Part shown: piece after piece, positions 18,643 through 28,091 of the stretch
Layout of the letters: each line of letters starts with the position of its first letter
Position numbering within the stretch: position 1 is the stretch's first letter
From: a virus
DNA: 64,000 nt
Direction: 5' to 3' (one strand)
IMG/VR virus record: IMGVR_UViG_3300025941_000015
Span: 41,627 to 105,626 of that record
The notes under the pieces: generated by a model
The model's database searches: none
The model's input: only the letters and a program-made list of their open reading frames with translations
Told to the model about the DNA's origin: nothing
Made by a program: the position numbers and the translations under genes

Positions 18643-19374
18643 ATGGCACGAATCAACACCGTCAAGAGCGCGCAGCAGCGCTACCGCACCGTCCCCGTCC
18701 TCGACGAGGCGGGCCAGCCCAAGAGCACCCCGGTGCTCCGCAAGGACGGCACGCCCAAGACCACCAAGACCGGCCGGGCCATCACCCGCCGGGTGACGGT
18801 CGCCGACAAGACCCAGCCGCTGCCCAACCACACGTGCGGCAAGTGCGGTGTGGAGATCGAGGTCGGCCACCCGTACCGCTGGGTGCAGATCAAGAGCGGC
18901 CCGTACGGCGGACGCACGATGTACCGCTGCATGAGCTGCCCCTCGTGGCGCCAGTCCGAGCTGACCAGCTCGAAGATGGCGGGCATCTACGCCGCCCAGG
19001 AGCACCTGAGCGACATCATCGACAGCCTGGAGACGGTCGACGATCTCACCGACGCAGCGCAGACGTTCGCCGATGCCGTCCGCGAGGTCGGCGAGGAGTA
19101 CCGCGAGTCGCAGTCCAACATGGTCGACGGCTTCGGCCACGACACCTCGATGAGCGACGAGCTGGGCGAGAAGGCCGACATGCTCGACGACTGGGCGAAC
19201 GACATCGAGTACCTCGACTTCGAGGACTTCGACGAGGAGCCGCCCGAGGAGGACGACTTCGAGGATGAGGACGCCTTCGAGACCGCCAAGGAGGACTGGA
19301 ACGCGAACGCTGACGCCCACTGGGAAGACCAGCGCGCCGTCCTCATCGACGCATCGGACGAGTGCCCGCTCTGA
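18643..19374 (+). CDS. Zn-finger plus highly acidic coiled-coil protein
   Basis: CGKC...CMSC; D/E-rich C-terminal half. Confidence 0.75.
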   Translation: MARINTVKSAQQRYRTVPVLDEAGQPKSTPVLRKDGTPKTTKTGRAITRRVTVADKTQPLPNHTCGKCGVEIEVGHPYRWVQIKSGPYGGRTMYRCMSCPSWRQSELTSSKMAGIYAAQEHLSDIIDSLETVDDLTDAAQTFADAVREVGEEYRESQSNMVDGFGHDTSMSDELGEKADMLDDWANDIEYLDFEDFDEEPPEEDDFEDEDAFETAKEDWNANADAHWEDQRAVLIDASDECPL

Positions 19375-19993
19375 TGCGCAAGCGGGCCGTGCTCGAACAC
19401 ATCGGCAAGTACGTCGAGATCGAGCACGGCCCGTTCCGGCCCCGCAGCCTGGCCATCGTGCTGGGCTACGGGTACCGGCAGCGCCACGGTCGCGGCTCGC
19501 CGCTCGAAGAAGACTGGACGTCGCGCTCAGGCGGCAGCCAGGTCGCCGTGGCCATGCGCCACGAGGACGGCTCGTGGACCCCCGAGGCCGTCCATCTGAT
19601 TTCAATCCACCGATGCTCCGAGGAGGAGTCATGAACCGAGATGCCCCCATTCTGCGACTGGTCACACCGGCCGTCGATCACGCTGTTGACGTCGTCATGC
19701 ACAACGCTGACCCCGAGCGCTTCCACCGCCAGCACGGCGTGCCGTGCGAGCTGTGCCCCGAGCCCGAGACCGAGCTGCAGAAGGAGATCGCTCGCAAGAT
19801 CGATGAGCTGATGGGTGACACCGAGATGGCCCCGTGGCAACGCAAGCTGGCCAGCGAGGTGCTCGCCGCACAGATGGCGCCTGACAGCATCGAGATGTCC
19901 GACGCACTGCAGACCTACCTCGACGACCGCAGCCTGATGGCTGACCCCGGCGAGATCGAGGACGACGAAGATGACGAAGAGATTGACGAGTGA
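19374..19993 (+). CDS. two hypothetical genes: 19374-19634 and 19631-19993
   Basis: Coupled starts; GAGGAGG RBS. Confidence 0.6.
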
Positions 19994-20032
19994 GGTTGCA
20001 ACGGCGTTGCGACCGTGTACACTGATCACATG
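19992..20032 (+). promoter_or_regulatory. cassette promoter/operator
   Basis: gaggTTGCAAcggcgttgcgaccgtgTACACTgatcacATG. Confidence 0.85.
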
Positions 20033-20743
20033 ACCAACGCCACCGCAACCCCCCGCCAGTTCGACTTCATCGCCAAGCTCGTTGACGAGCGCAAGGCCAC
20101 CTGCGGCGTCACCGACGTCGCCGCCTTCATGCAGGTGCTCGCCGACCAGCGCCTCACCAAGACCGGCGCCAGCGCCCTCATCGACAACCTGCTCTCGCAG
20201 AAGCCGGACGCCAAGGTCGCCCCGGCCCCGGTCGCAGGCGCCACCCCGGCCCAGCCCGCGGTGCGCCCCAACCGCTTCGACGCCAAGTGCGACCGCTGCG
20301 GCAAGAACGTGCCCGCGGGCACCGGCACGCTCAACGGTGGCCCTGGCCGCTGGATCGTCGCCCACGTCGAGGGTGGCTGCCCGGTCGACCTGCAGGTCGA
20401 GCTGAACCAGCTCCTCGCCGAGATCCCCAAGGGCTACTACGCCATCCCGTTCATCGGCCTCGACGCCGCCCGCAACGACCTCACCTTCCTCGCCGTCGGC
20501 ACGAAGGACAACGGCGACCGCACGCTGCGCCACGTGGTCGGTGGCCACGGCGAGCTGGACGGCATGAGCATCGAGTGGTGCCGCCGGGCCGTCGCCGGGC
20601 TCAACGCCACGAGCCTCGAAGTGGCAGCCGCCACCTACGGCCAGGAGTACTCCCACTGCGGACGCTGCGGCCGGTCGCTGACCGACGACGCCAGCCGTGC
20701 CCGCGGCATCGGCCCGGAGTGCGCCACCAAGCTCTGGAGCTGA
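20030..20743 (+). CDS. DUF6011-domain protein
   Basis: C-terminal CGRCGRSLTDDASRARGIGPECA; N-terminal ATPRQ..FI. Confidence 0.8.
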   Translation: MTNATATPRQFDFIAKLVDERKATCGVTDVAAFMQVLADQRLTKTGASALIDNLLSQKPDAKVAPAPVAGATPAQPAVRPNRFDAKCDRCGKNVPAGTGTLNGGPGRWIVAHVEGGCPVDLQVELNQLLAEIPKGYYAIPFIGLDAARNDLTFLAVGTKDNGDRTLRHVVGGHGELDGMSIEWCRRAVAGLNATSLEVAAATYGQEYSHCGRCGRSLTDDASRARGIGPECATKLWS

Positions 20744-20751
20744 CCACGGCA

Positions 20752-20786
20752 ACGGGGTTGCGATTGGCGCAACCCCGTGTACACTG
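20752..20786 (+). promoter_or_regulatory. leadered promoter variant inside a hairpin
   Basis: acggggttgcg-attgg-cgcaaccccgt followed by gTACACT. Confidence 0.65.
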
Positions 20787-20833
20787 ACCACACCCTTCCC
20801 CTACCAATGACAACCACCAAGGAGACCACCAAC

Positions 20834-21544
20834 ATGAACACCGACACCACGATCCTCGTCTCGAAGATCGAGAAGCTCTGGCGCAAGGCCAACAGCGCGG
20901 GCTCGACCCCGGCCGAGCGTGACACGTTCGAGGCCAAGGCCCTGAGCCTCATGGAAGAGAACCGCATCACGATGGCGATGCTGGAGATCGACGACCAGGA
21001 CATCCTGGGCGACTACGAGTACGGCGACATCTCGGGCCGCTACGCCCGGCCCGTGCTGGCCATCTTGACCGCCGTGGCCCACGCCTACGACTGCAAGGTC
21101 TGGTGGCGCGACTTCGGCTCGACGAAGCAGGTCTGGCTGTTCGGCTTCAAGAGCGACTGCGAGCGCACCAAGCTGCTCGCCCGCATGCTCATCGCCGATG
21201 CGCAGGCGCAAGCCACGTCCGAGTCGGGCTACTCGCCCGGCGAGACGTTCTCGTTGCGCCACAGCTTCCTCCACGGCTTCTCGTCGGCGATCGCCATGCG
21301 TCTCCGCGAGGCCGCCGTCATGGCCAACAAGGCGTTCGACCAGGAGGCCGCCAAGGGCTCCGCCCTGGTGCTCGTGGCCCGCCGTGAGCAGATGCACGTG
21401 GAGTACTCGAAGAAGCGCCTGCGCAGCGCCAGCCCGAGCTACGCCCGTCGGGGCGGCGCCCGTGGCCGCGGCGTCGAGGCGGGCAACAACGCCCGTCTCT
21501 CGACGCAGGGGCAGGTCGTCAACCGCAAGGCGCTCGCATCATGA
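20834..21544 (+). CDS. DUF2786-domain protein
   Basis: KIEKLWRKANS...PAERDTFEAKALSLM; AAGGAG RBS. Confidence 0.8.
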   Translation: MNTDTTILVSKIEKLWRKANSAGSTPAERDTFEAKALSLMEENRITMAMLEIDDQDILGDYEYGDISGRYARPVLAILTAVAHAYDCKVWWRDFGSTKQVWLFGFKSDCERTKLLARMLIADAQAQATSESGYSPGETFSLRHSFLHGFSSAIAMRLREAAVMANKAFDQEAAKGSALVLVARREQMHVEYSKKRLRSASPSYARRGGARGRGVEAGNNARLSTQGQVVNRKALAS

Positions 21545-22047
21545 GCAGCGACCCCGACAAGGACACGGTGTACGCCGCTGAGGCGCTCGCCTTCCTGGGC
21601 ACGCCCCTCGCAGACCGCCAGCAGGAGTCGAGCATCGTGGAGGGCTACCACACGATGCTCGACGCCCCCTGGTGGAAGTGGGGCACCATCGAGATCCGCC
21701 AGGCACGCGCCGACATGGTGCGCGCAGGCGGGTACGCCAGCCTGTTCGGCATCAGCACGAGCGCTGGCCGCGTGGAGCGCTACACGATCAGCCACGAGCT
21801 GGCTCACATGGTGGTCAAGCGCCAGGGCATCTGTGATCGACACGGGCCCCAGTTCCGCACGGCGCACCTGTACACCGTCGGTGCCGGGTTCGGCCGCCAG
21901 TACGCAGACCTCCTCGCTCAGGCGTACGAGGACTACAACCTCCCGGTGTTCCTCACGCCGGGTGGGCTGGGCATCCCCCCGGTGCCCACGATCAACATCG
22001 ATGCTCTCAGCATCGCAGCAGCCCCTCGGGGCGGATGGAGAAGGTAA
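21541..22047 (+). CDS. HExxH metallopeptidase (TIGR04338/Rv0185-like)
   Basis: VYAAE...ISHELAH...HGPQF; adjacent to DUF2786 as in actinobacterial genomes. Confidence 0.75.
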   Translation: MSSDPDKDTVYAAEALAFLGTPLADRQQESSIVEGYHTMLDAPWWKWGTIEIRQARADMVRAGGYASLFGISTSAGRVERYTISHELAHMVVKRQGICDRHGPQFRTAHLYTVGAGFGRQYADLLAQAYEDYNLPVFLTPGGLGIPPVPTINIDALSIAAAPRGGWRR

Positions 22048-22238
22048 TGATGGTTCACACAACGGACATCGCAGGCATCCGCGACATCGCTCAGCACTTC
22101 GGTGTGAAGCCCAACGTCGTCAGCAACTGGTCAGCTCGCTACAGCGACTTCCCCGCGCCGATCGCAGAGGTGGCTGCTGGCCGCCTGTGGGATCTGCAGG
22201 AGGTCGTCGAGTGGTACAACGATCGCTGGGCATCGTGA
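22047..22238 (+). CDS. small HTH (AlpA/excisionase-like) DNA-binding protein
   Basis: GIRDIAQHFGVKPNVVSNW...DFPAP...GRLWDLQEV. Confidence 0.8.
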   Translation: MMVHTTDIAGIRDIAQHFGVKPNVVSNWSARYSDFPAPIAEVAAGRLWDLQEVVEWYNDRWAS

Positions 22239-22940
22239 TCCAGAGTCTGGAGCGCGTCGCACACGACGAGGCGTACCACGTCGCGAGGCGCTCGAAGCAC
22301 GGCGACTTGAAGCAGATCACGCGCAGCACGGGTGACCTCGACGAGGCACGAGCGTGGTGCCACGACGCTGACACCGTCGTGGTGCTCGTGCGCTCCGAGA
22401 CGTACGTGGTGCGCTGATGGGGCTCCAGTCACACTCCAGGCGTGCACGGCTGACCAAGGTCATCATCGCCCCGCCGGTCGCACCCGGCAAGCGTCGGTGC
22501 CAGGGTGAGATCTACGAGCGCGCTCGTCACCATCACGTGGCGATCGGCTACGACGCCGGGGGCCACCGCGTCTGGCAGAAGCAGTGGATCGACGAGCACC
22601 TTCGCCCGTGTCTCAACCCGTGCTCGACGTTCGTCACTGAGGTCAACTACTGCGCGCATCACATGCCCACCGACTGGGTGGTGCTCGCCAACGCTCGTGT
22701 CGAGCTGTGGAACCAGCTCTCGATCGAGGCATGGGAGCACGTGCTCGACACGTACCCTGGCATCGACCCGTGACGCGCAAGCTCGTCACGTCACACGTCG
22801 GTGATGCGCAGCGCGCCATCATCGGCGAGTGGTGGACCGATGAGATCATCACCAACCAGTACGTCCCCGACGACAAGGTCTACATCATCGACACCGACGC
22901 ACTCGATGTGATCCTCGCACCGGAGTGGATATGGGAGTGA
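22235..22940 (+). CDS. three small hypothetical genes: 22235-22417, 22417-22773, 22770-22940
   Basis: Coupled overlaps. Confidence 0.55.
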
Positions 22941-22980
22941 GGGTGGAACAGCGTTGTGCGTCGTGTACACTGACCACATG
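22939..22980 (+). promoter_or_regulatory. cassette promoter/operator
   Basis: gaggGTGGAAcagcgttgtgcgtcgtgTACACTgaccacATG. Confidence 0.8.
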
Positions 22981-23202
22981 CCTACCACCATCACCTACAC
23001 CACCCCCTTCGGAGAAGCCGCCTCGTTCACGATCGAGGTCGACCCGGACACCGGCCACGCCACGATCACGGCCGACCTCCGCGACGGCAATGCAGGCGTC
23101 GCTCACTTCGTCGACCTCATCGCGGCGACCGACGTCGCGCTGCGCATCGTGCGCCAGGGCATCGAGGCCAACGCCTCGATCGCACCGTGGATCGAGGTGT
23201 GA
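22978..23202 (+). CDS. small hypothetical protein (leaderless)
   Basis: MPTTITYTT at motif; followed by hairpin gcccgccgcc...ggcggcgggc. Confidence 0.65.
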   Translation: MPTTITYTTPFGEAASFTIEVDPDTGHATITADLRDGNAGVAHFVDLIAATDVALRIVRQGIEANASIAPWIEV

Positions 23203-23344
23203 CTCGAACGCCCGCCGCCTCCGGGCGGCGGGCTCCACGGGGCGGGCCAGCGGCCACGCCGCTACCGCACCCGGTGGGGACGGGATCCGCCATGCACTTC
23301 GTGCGATCGAGCCTCGCGCAACGGCGCTGAGGAATCTCGCATGC

Positions 23345-23385
23345 AGGTTGGAACGGCGTTGTGCACCGTGTACGCTGTTCACATG
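23345..23385 (+). promoter_or_regulatory. cassette promoter/operator
   Basis: caggTTGGAAcggcgttgtgcaccgtgTACGCTgttcacATG. Confidence 0.85.
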
Positions 23386-24912
23386 ACCTTCACCACCACC
23401 GAAACCCGCTCCGCCCTCGGCGCCCTCGCCGACATCATCATGCCGCACCTCGCCGGTCAGGCCGTCAGCATCCCCACGGGCCTCGCCCACATGTCCTCGG
23501 CGCACGACGCTGAGCTGGTCGGCCACCCGCTCGCATCGGTGCTCTTCCCCTACCAGCGCGCAGGCGTGGCCTACGCCCTCAAGGCACGCCGTGCCATGAT
23601 CGGTCACGGCATGGGCCTCGGCAAGACCATCCAGGCCATCGCCACGCTCATGGCCAGCGACAGCTACCCGGCCGTCGTCGTCGTGCCGCCGAACCTCGCG
23701 CTCAACTGGGTCCGCGAGTTCGCGAAGTGGGCGCCCTCGATCACGACGGCCCGCCTCACCGGCCAGACCCCTGGCTCGATCCCCGACGTCGACGTGCTCA
23801 TCATCGGTGACTCGGTCGTCGCCCACTGGGCCGACACGATCATCGCCCACGGTCCCCGCGCCCTCGTGATCGACGAGTCGCAGCGGATGAAGAACCGCAG
23901 CGCCAAGCGGACGAAGGCGGTGCTGGAGATCAGCCGCAAGCTCCCGGCCGATGCCATCGTGCTCGCCCTGACCGGCACGGCCGTCAAGGCCAACCACGGC
24001 GAGCTGCTCCCGCAGATCGAGATCCTCGGCGTCACCGACCTCTTCGGCGGCACGTTCGAGTACCTCAACCGCTACTACCCCAAGGTCGGCCGCTTCGACC
24101 GCGAGAACCGCAACGGCCTGGAGCTGTTCAATCGCATGAGCGATTCGTTCTACGCACGCCTGCAGTTCGAGGACGTGGCCTACCAGATGGGCGACAGCGC
24201 GCCGCAGGGTGTCATCCGGGTGCCGCTCGCCGTCGAGCTGGAAGGCAAGGCCGGTCGTGACTACACGAAGGCTCGTGACAACCTCCGCTCGTACCTCATC
24301 GAGACCCGCGGCGAGCGCGCCGCCAACAGCGCCATGCGCGCTGAGGCCCTCGCCCAGCTCGGTGTGCTGCGTCAGCTCATCGGCCTGGCCAAGGTCATCC
24401 CGACCGCCGCTCACGTGCGCAACCTCGTCGAGGACGGCGAGCAGGTCATCGTGTTCGCATGGCACCGCGCCGTGGTCGACGAGCTGGTCGAGGCCATCAG
24501 CGCCTTCACCACGGTCGGCAAGGTCTACGGCTCGATGAAGGTTGAGAACGTCGAGGCTGCCAAGGAGCGCTTCCAGGCCGGGACCGACCGGGTCATCGTC
24601 CTCAACATCGAGGCGGGCTCGGTTGGCCACACGCTGACCGCCGCAGCGAACGTGGTCTTCTGCGAGTACGCCTGGAGCCCCTCGGACATGCAGCAGGCTG
24701 AGGCCCGCTCGAACCGCATCGGCCAGACCCGCAAGGTCGTCAGCCACTGGCTGATGGGAGCCAACGGTGTGCAGACGATCGACGAGCGCCTCGTCGAGAT
24801 CCTCAACGACAAGGCCCTCATCACTGGCACACTGCTCGACGGCAAGGGTGAGACCATGGTCGACAGCGACTCGATCACCGACGCCCTGCTCGATTGGGCA
24901 GAGAACGGCTGA
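23383..24912 (+). CDS. SNF2-family (SMARCAL1/HARP-like) helicase
   Basis: LFPYQ, MGLGKT, IDESQ, LTGT, QAEARSNRIGQ. Confidence 0.9.
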   Translation: MTFTTTETRSALGALADIIMPHLAGQAVSIPTGLAHMSSAHDAELVGHPLASVLFPYQRAGVAYALKARRAMIGHGMGLGKTIQAIATLMASDSYPAVVVVPPNLALNWVREFAKWAPSITTARLTGQTPGSIPDVDVLIIGDSVVAHWADTIIAHGPRALVIDESQRMKNRSAKRTKAVLEISRKLPADAIVLALTGTAVKANHGELLPQIEILGVTDLFGGTFEYLNRYYPKVGRFDRENRNGLELFNRMSDSFYARLQFEDVAYQMGDSAPQGVIRVPLAVELEGKAGRDYTKARDNLRSYLIETRGERAANSAMRAEALAQLGVLRQLIGLAKVIPTAAHVRNLVEDGEQVIVFAWHRAVVDELVEAISAFTTVGKVYGSMKVENVEAAKERFQAGTDRVIVLNIEAGSVGHTLTAAANVVFCEYAWSPSDMQQAEARSNRIGQTRKVVSHWLMGANGVQTIDERLVEILNDKALITGTLLDGKGETMVDSDSITDALLDWAENG

Positions 24913-24929
24913 GGCATCATGGTCACCAC

Positions 24930-24953
24930 GAGGGGCGCCACTCGGCGCCCCTC
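24930..24953 (+). terminator. hairpin after helicase
   Basis: gaggggcgcc-actc-ggcgcccctc. Confidence 0.55.
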
Positions 24954-24975
24954 TCCCATCGCGAGAGGAACGAAC

Positions 24976-25224
24976 ATGAGAGAACGACGAAACCAAGTCA
25001 TCGACAGGTACAACGCAGCTCGACTGCTGCGACGGTTCGAGATCACGGGCATGACCCTCGGGGCGCTCGCATTCATCGTGGGCACGGCGCTCACCGCGCT
25101 GGCCGGACCGGGCGAGGACGACAGGTGGAACAGCAACACCGCGCTGGTGGCTGGGATCCTCATCATCAGCGGGCCGCTGTTCGCGCTGTGGCTCCTGTGG
25201 ACGATGGAGGACGGGGAGCGATGA
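24976..25224 (+). CDS. two-TM membrane protein
   Basis: Two hydrophobic helices; GAGGA RBS. Confidence 0.65.
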   Translation: MRERRNQVIDRYNAARLLRRFEITGMTLGALAFIVGTALTALAGPGEDDRWNSNTALVAGILIISGPLFALWLLWTMEDGER

Positions 25225-25688
25225 GGCTCTACCTCGACATCGACGGTGTGATCACCGCCGACCCCAGCTCGTTCGAGGGCATCGAGTCGTTCGGTGTGGG
25301 GGACCACCCCGCGGCAGCCATGATCGACTGGCACCCCGCGCTGTTCGGCGAGATCGCCGACCGCTTCGAGATCGTGTGGGCCACGTCGTGGATCTGTGCA
25401 CCGGCTGAGCTGACGCGCCTGGAGCATGCGCTCAATGTGCAGTGCCCGCGAGTCGACCTCACGTACGAGGAGTACATCAGCACTCACAACGCACGCTCGT
25501 GCGGCAAGCTGCGCGCCGTGCGTCGTCACTTCGAGGCCGACCCCGCGCCGTTCATCTGGGCGGACGATCACATGGGGCTGCTCGATCGCATCTGGGCCAG
25601 CGAGGTGGGCGGGTACGCCATCGCGCCGTCGTACGACGAGGGCGGCCTGTACGCGCTGCTCGACGTGTTGGAGGTCATGTGCTCATGA
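25221..25688 (+). CDS. HAD-superfamily phosphatase (HAD_SAK-like)
   Basis: MRLYLDIDGVI, IVWATSW, K, FIWADD. Confidence 0.8.
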   Translation: MRLYLDIDGVITADPSSFEGIESFGVGDHPAAAMIDWHPALFGEIADRFEIVWATSWICAPAELTRLEHALNVQCPRVDLTYEEYISTHNARSCGKLRAVRRHFEADPAPFIWADDHMGLLDRIWASEVGGYAIAPSYDEGGLYALLDVLEVMCS

Positions 25689-26904
25689 CCAAGGCGGAGC
25701 GGCAGACAGGGCGCACCACGCGCATGTTGAAGCTGGCTCTCGTCCGCAGGCAGACCGCGCCCGTGCGCATCGTGGTGCTCAACGCGGCGATGATCAAGGT
25801 GTGCCTACGCATGGAGCCGGAGCTGAGGCACAACGACTTCGTTGTGATCTCACGAGACCTCGATCACCGGCTGCGCGGCATGCGCAGTCAGTCACAGGTG
25901 TTCGTCGACCATGCAGTGTGGGAGCAAGCCTCGACCAGGGATCTCAAACGGCTGCGCGCCGTGCTCCGGCTGATGGACGTGCGCCCATGACCGCGCTGCA
26001 CGATGCGATCGACAAGCTCGACGGGCTGCGCCGGATCCCAGGCACGTGGTCACAGCTCATCACGAACGCCTCGAACGACGGCACGCCGTTGTGGTCCCTC
26101 TCATGCAAGTACGGGCCGGAGCATCGGAGCGTGCACTACTCATCAACAGATCTGCTCGAAGTGGTCACCAACCTGGAGACGCACCTCGGGCACCAAGGGC
26201 TCACACCAGAGCAACCAACCCCAACCAAGTACAAACTGAAACGGAGCACAACATGATCAAGATCAAAGTCACCGGGTACCTCTACGTCGAGGACGACGAG
26301 GCTGACCTCGAACACGACAGCGGTCTCACACAGGAAGCGTTCGACGACTACAGCGAGCAGTTCCCGCTCGACGACCTCACCTTCGAGGTCGCCCCGGCAT
26401 GACCTACACGACGTGGAAGCGAGGGCTACGGGCGGGCACGCGCCTGTTCGTCGAGAACCATCGACGGCCGTGGCTCTCGCGCCACGTCGTTGTCGTGTCA
26501 GTGAGCAAGCGCCACATCGAGGTTGACACTGTGGACGGCAGCTATCCCCGCGCCCGCATCGCTCTGCCCGCTGCGAGCTTCACCTCGATGAAGGACAACG
26601 TGTGCACGATCCTCGCCGATCACGACGGGCCCCGCTTCAACATTGAGCGTGGCAAGATCAGCTCATCGTTGTTGCTCGCCGGTCAGCCACTGCTGAGCAT
26701 CGAGCTGCTGCAGTGAGAGACGCACGATTCCACCTCGCATGGCTGATGTGGTGCTACCAGCAGGGCTACACCGCGCCGGAGGACCGCGAGGGCGGCATGG
26801 GCAACTGGCTGCTGCGTGACCCCACGCTGCTCGTCGAGGAGGACGCCATCGAGCGTGAGCATCTGCTCGCCATGGCCGACGAGATCCTCGCACTGCTGCA
26901 GTGA
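25685..26904 (+). CDS. five coupled small genes: 25685-25990, 25987-26256, 26253-26402, 26399-26716, 26713-26904
   Basis: ATGA/GTGA overlaps; the first has RQTGRTT, resembling a degenerate P-loop. Confidence 0.55.
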
Positions 26905-26997
26905 AGCTCCCCAGTGACGGCACGCTCCACGCCATCACACATCTCATCATCGCTGTGTGGCTGCTCGTCCTCACGTACGTCGTGACTCGAAGCTGAG

Positions 26998-27354
26998 TCA
27001 CAGGCCCATGCGATGGGCCACGTGCACGTACGGGTAGACATCGACGTTGTGCCACGCCTGTCGACGCCCCGCCACCAGCTCGGCATCGAGGCCGAACCGA
27101 TCGACCGCATCGAGCACGAGCACTGGAGCATCGGTGCGATGCACGTGAGCGAGGCGCTCCATGCTGCCCGACGCCCACTTGAGGCCCCGGTGCGTGATCC
27201 ACCGATTCATGCGCCCCGCCGCATCGATGATGTCGTCGTACTTGCCCAGCTCGAAGTCGCCCTCGATGGTGGTGACATTCACGTGGTATCGGCCGTCGCC
27301 GTTCGGGCCGCAGTCATGCAGCAGGGTGAGCGTTGCGTTGTGGTTTGTCATCAC
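26998..27354 (-). CDS. hypothetical protein on the opposite strand
   Basis: 118-aa ORF with phage-like codon usage on minus. Confidence 0.6.
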   Translation of the reverse strand: MMTNHNATLTLLHDCGPNGDGRYHVNVTTIEGDFELGKYDDIIDAAGRMNRWITHRGLKWASGSMERLAHVHRTDAPVLVLDAVDRFGLDAELVAGRRQAWHNVDVYPYVHVAHRMGL

Positions 27355-27429
27355 CTACTACAAGGAGCGCTCGACCTCGAAGTGTCAAAGCTCTTGGGAG
27401 AAACTTCAGATTGCTGCTACCCTCCCGCA

Positions 27430-27830
27430 ACAGCGATGCCCCGTAAGGTGCGCACCGTTCCAAGGGTCGGCAAACGTGGGTTCAACTCCCATGACCTCGG
27501 TACGGGTCATCGTGAGTGGAGGCATCCACCGGGTCACCAGGCTCGTCGAGGTGGGTAGGCAGAAGGCTTAGCGGCCCGACACCTGGCACCTCGACGACCT
27601 GTCCGGTTGGTATGCCGAATCGGCGGCCCGCTCCAAGCTCGAATCCATGGAGTCAAGAGAGAGCACAGCATGGCCACTCCCACTGCAGTGCCGTTGTGCA
27701 ACACCAGTGCAGTCGAGGAGCTGTGCGTGTACGTGCTACCGGCTGTGAGCCATGTGCCGTATGCCTGGGCTCAGTCCGGCTCGCCCCCACGTCAGAGGCC
27801 CTTTCCGTCGTACGCAGCGCCCCGACGGCC
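27430..27830 (+). ncRNA. candidate large structured non-coding RNA
   Basis: Many nested stems, a T-loop-like GTGGG-TTCAACT-CCCAT, and a TGcTACCCT promoter just upstream; no convincing ORF. Confidence 0.45.
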
Positions 27831-27845
27831 CGCTACAGTGCCCCC

Positions 27846-28052
27846 ATGCCCATCACCATCATCACCAGCCACCACCAGCTCGAACGAGACCATCTGAGCG
27901 ATGAGGAGATCGCCGTGCACGCCCCACACCGGGTGCGCTGTTTGAGCTGCCCCAGCACACCGCTGATGACCATCGCTGTTGCACAAGAGCACTGTGCCAA
28001 GCCGCCCCGCAACCCCACTCCCACGCTCCACCGGCTGTTCACCATCGCCTGA
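27846..28052 (+). CDS. small Zn-binding protein (leaderless)
   Basis: TACAGT six nt before ATG; CLSC...HC. Confidence 0.5.
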   Translation: MPITIITSHHQLERDHLSDEEIAVHAPHRVRCLSCPSTPLMTIAVAQEHCAKPPRNPTPTLHRLFTIA

Positions 28053-28091
28053 GTACGGGCCTCCCCGTGCATAGGTGTTGCAGCTACCATG

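Noticed and set aside
8465-23385. CRISPR array interpretation of the recurring ~40-bp element
   Set aside because: Copies are degenerate and separated by 0.3-3 kb of intact genes rather than 30-40-nt spacers; no cas genes in the window
8465-23385. Classical integron with attC sites
   Set aside because: No tyrosine integrase in the window, and no consistent RYYYAAC...GTTRRRY core pair; the geometry fits promoters better
27470-27500. tRNA gene around GGGTTCAACTCCC
   Set aside because: T-arm present but no acceptor stem, D-arm or anticodon arm could be assembled
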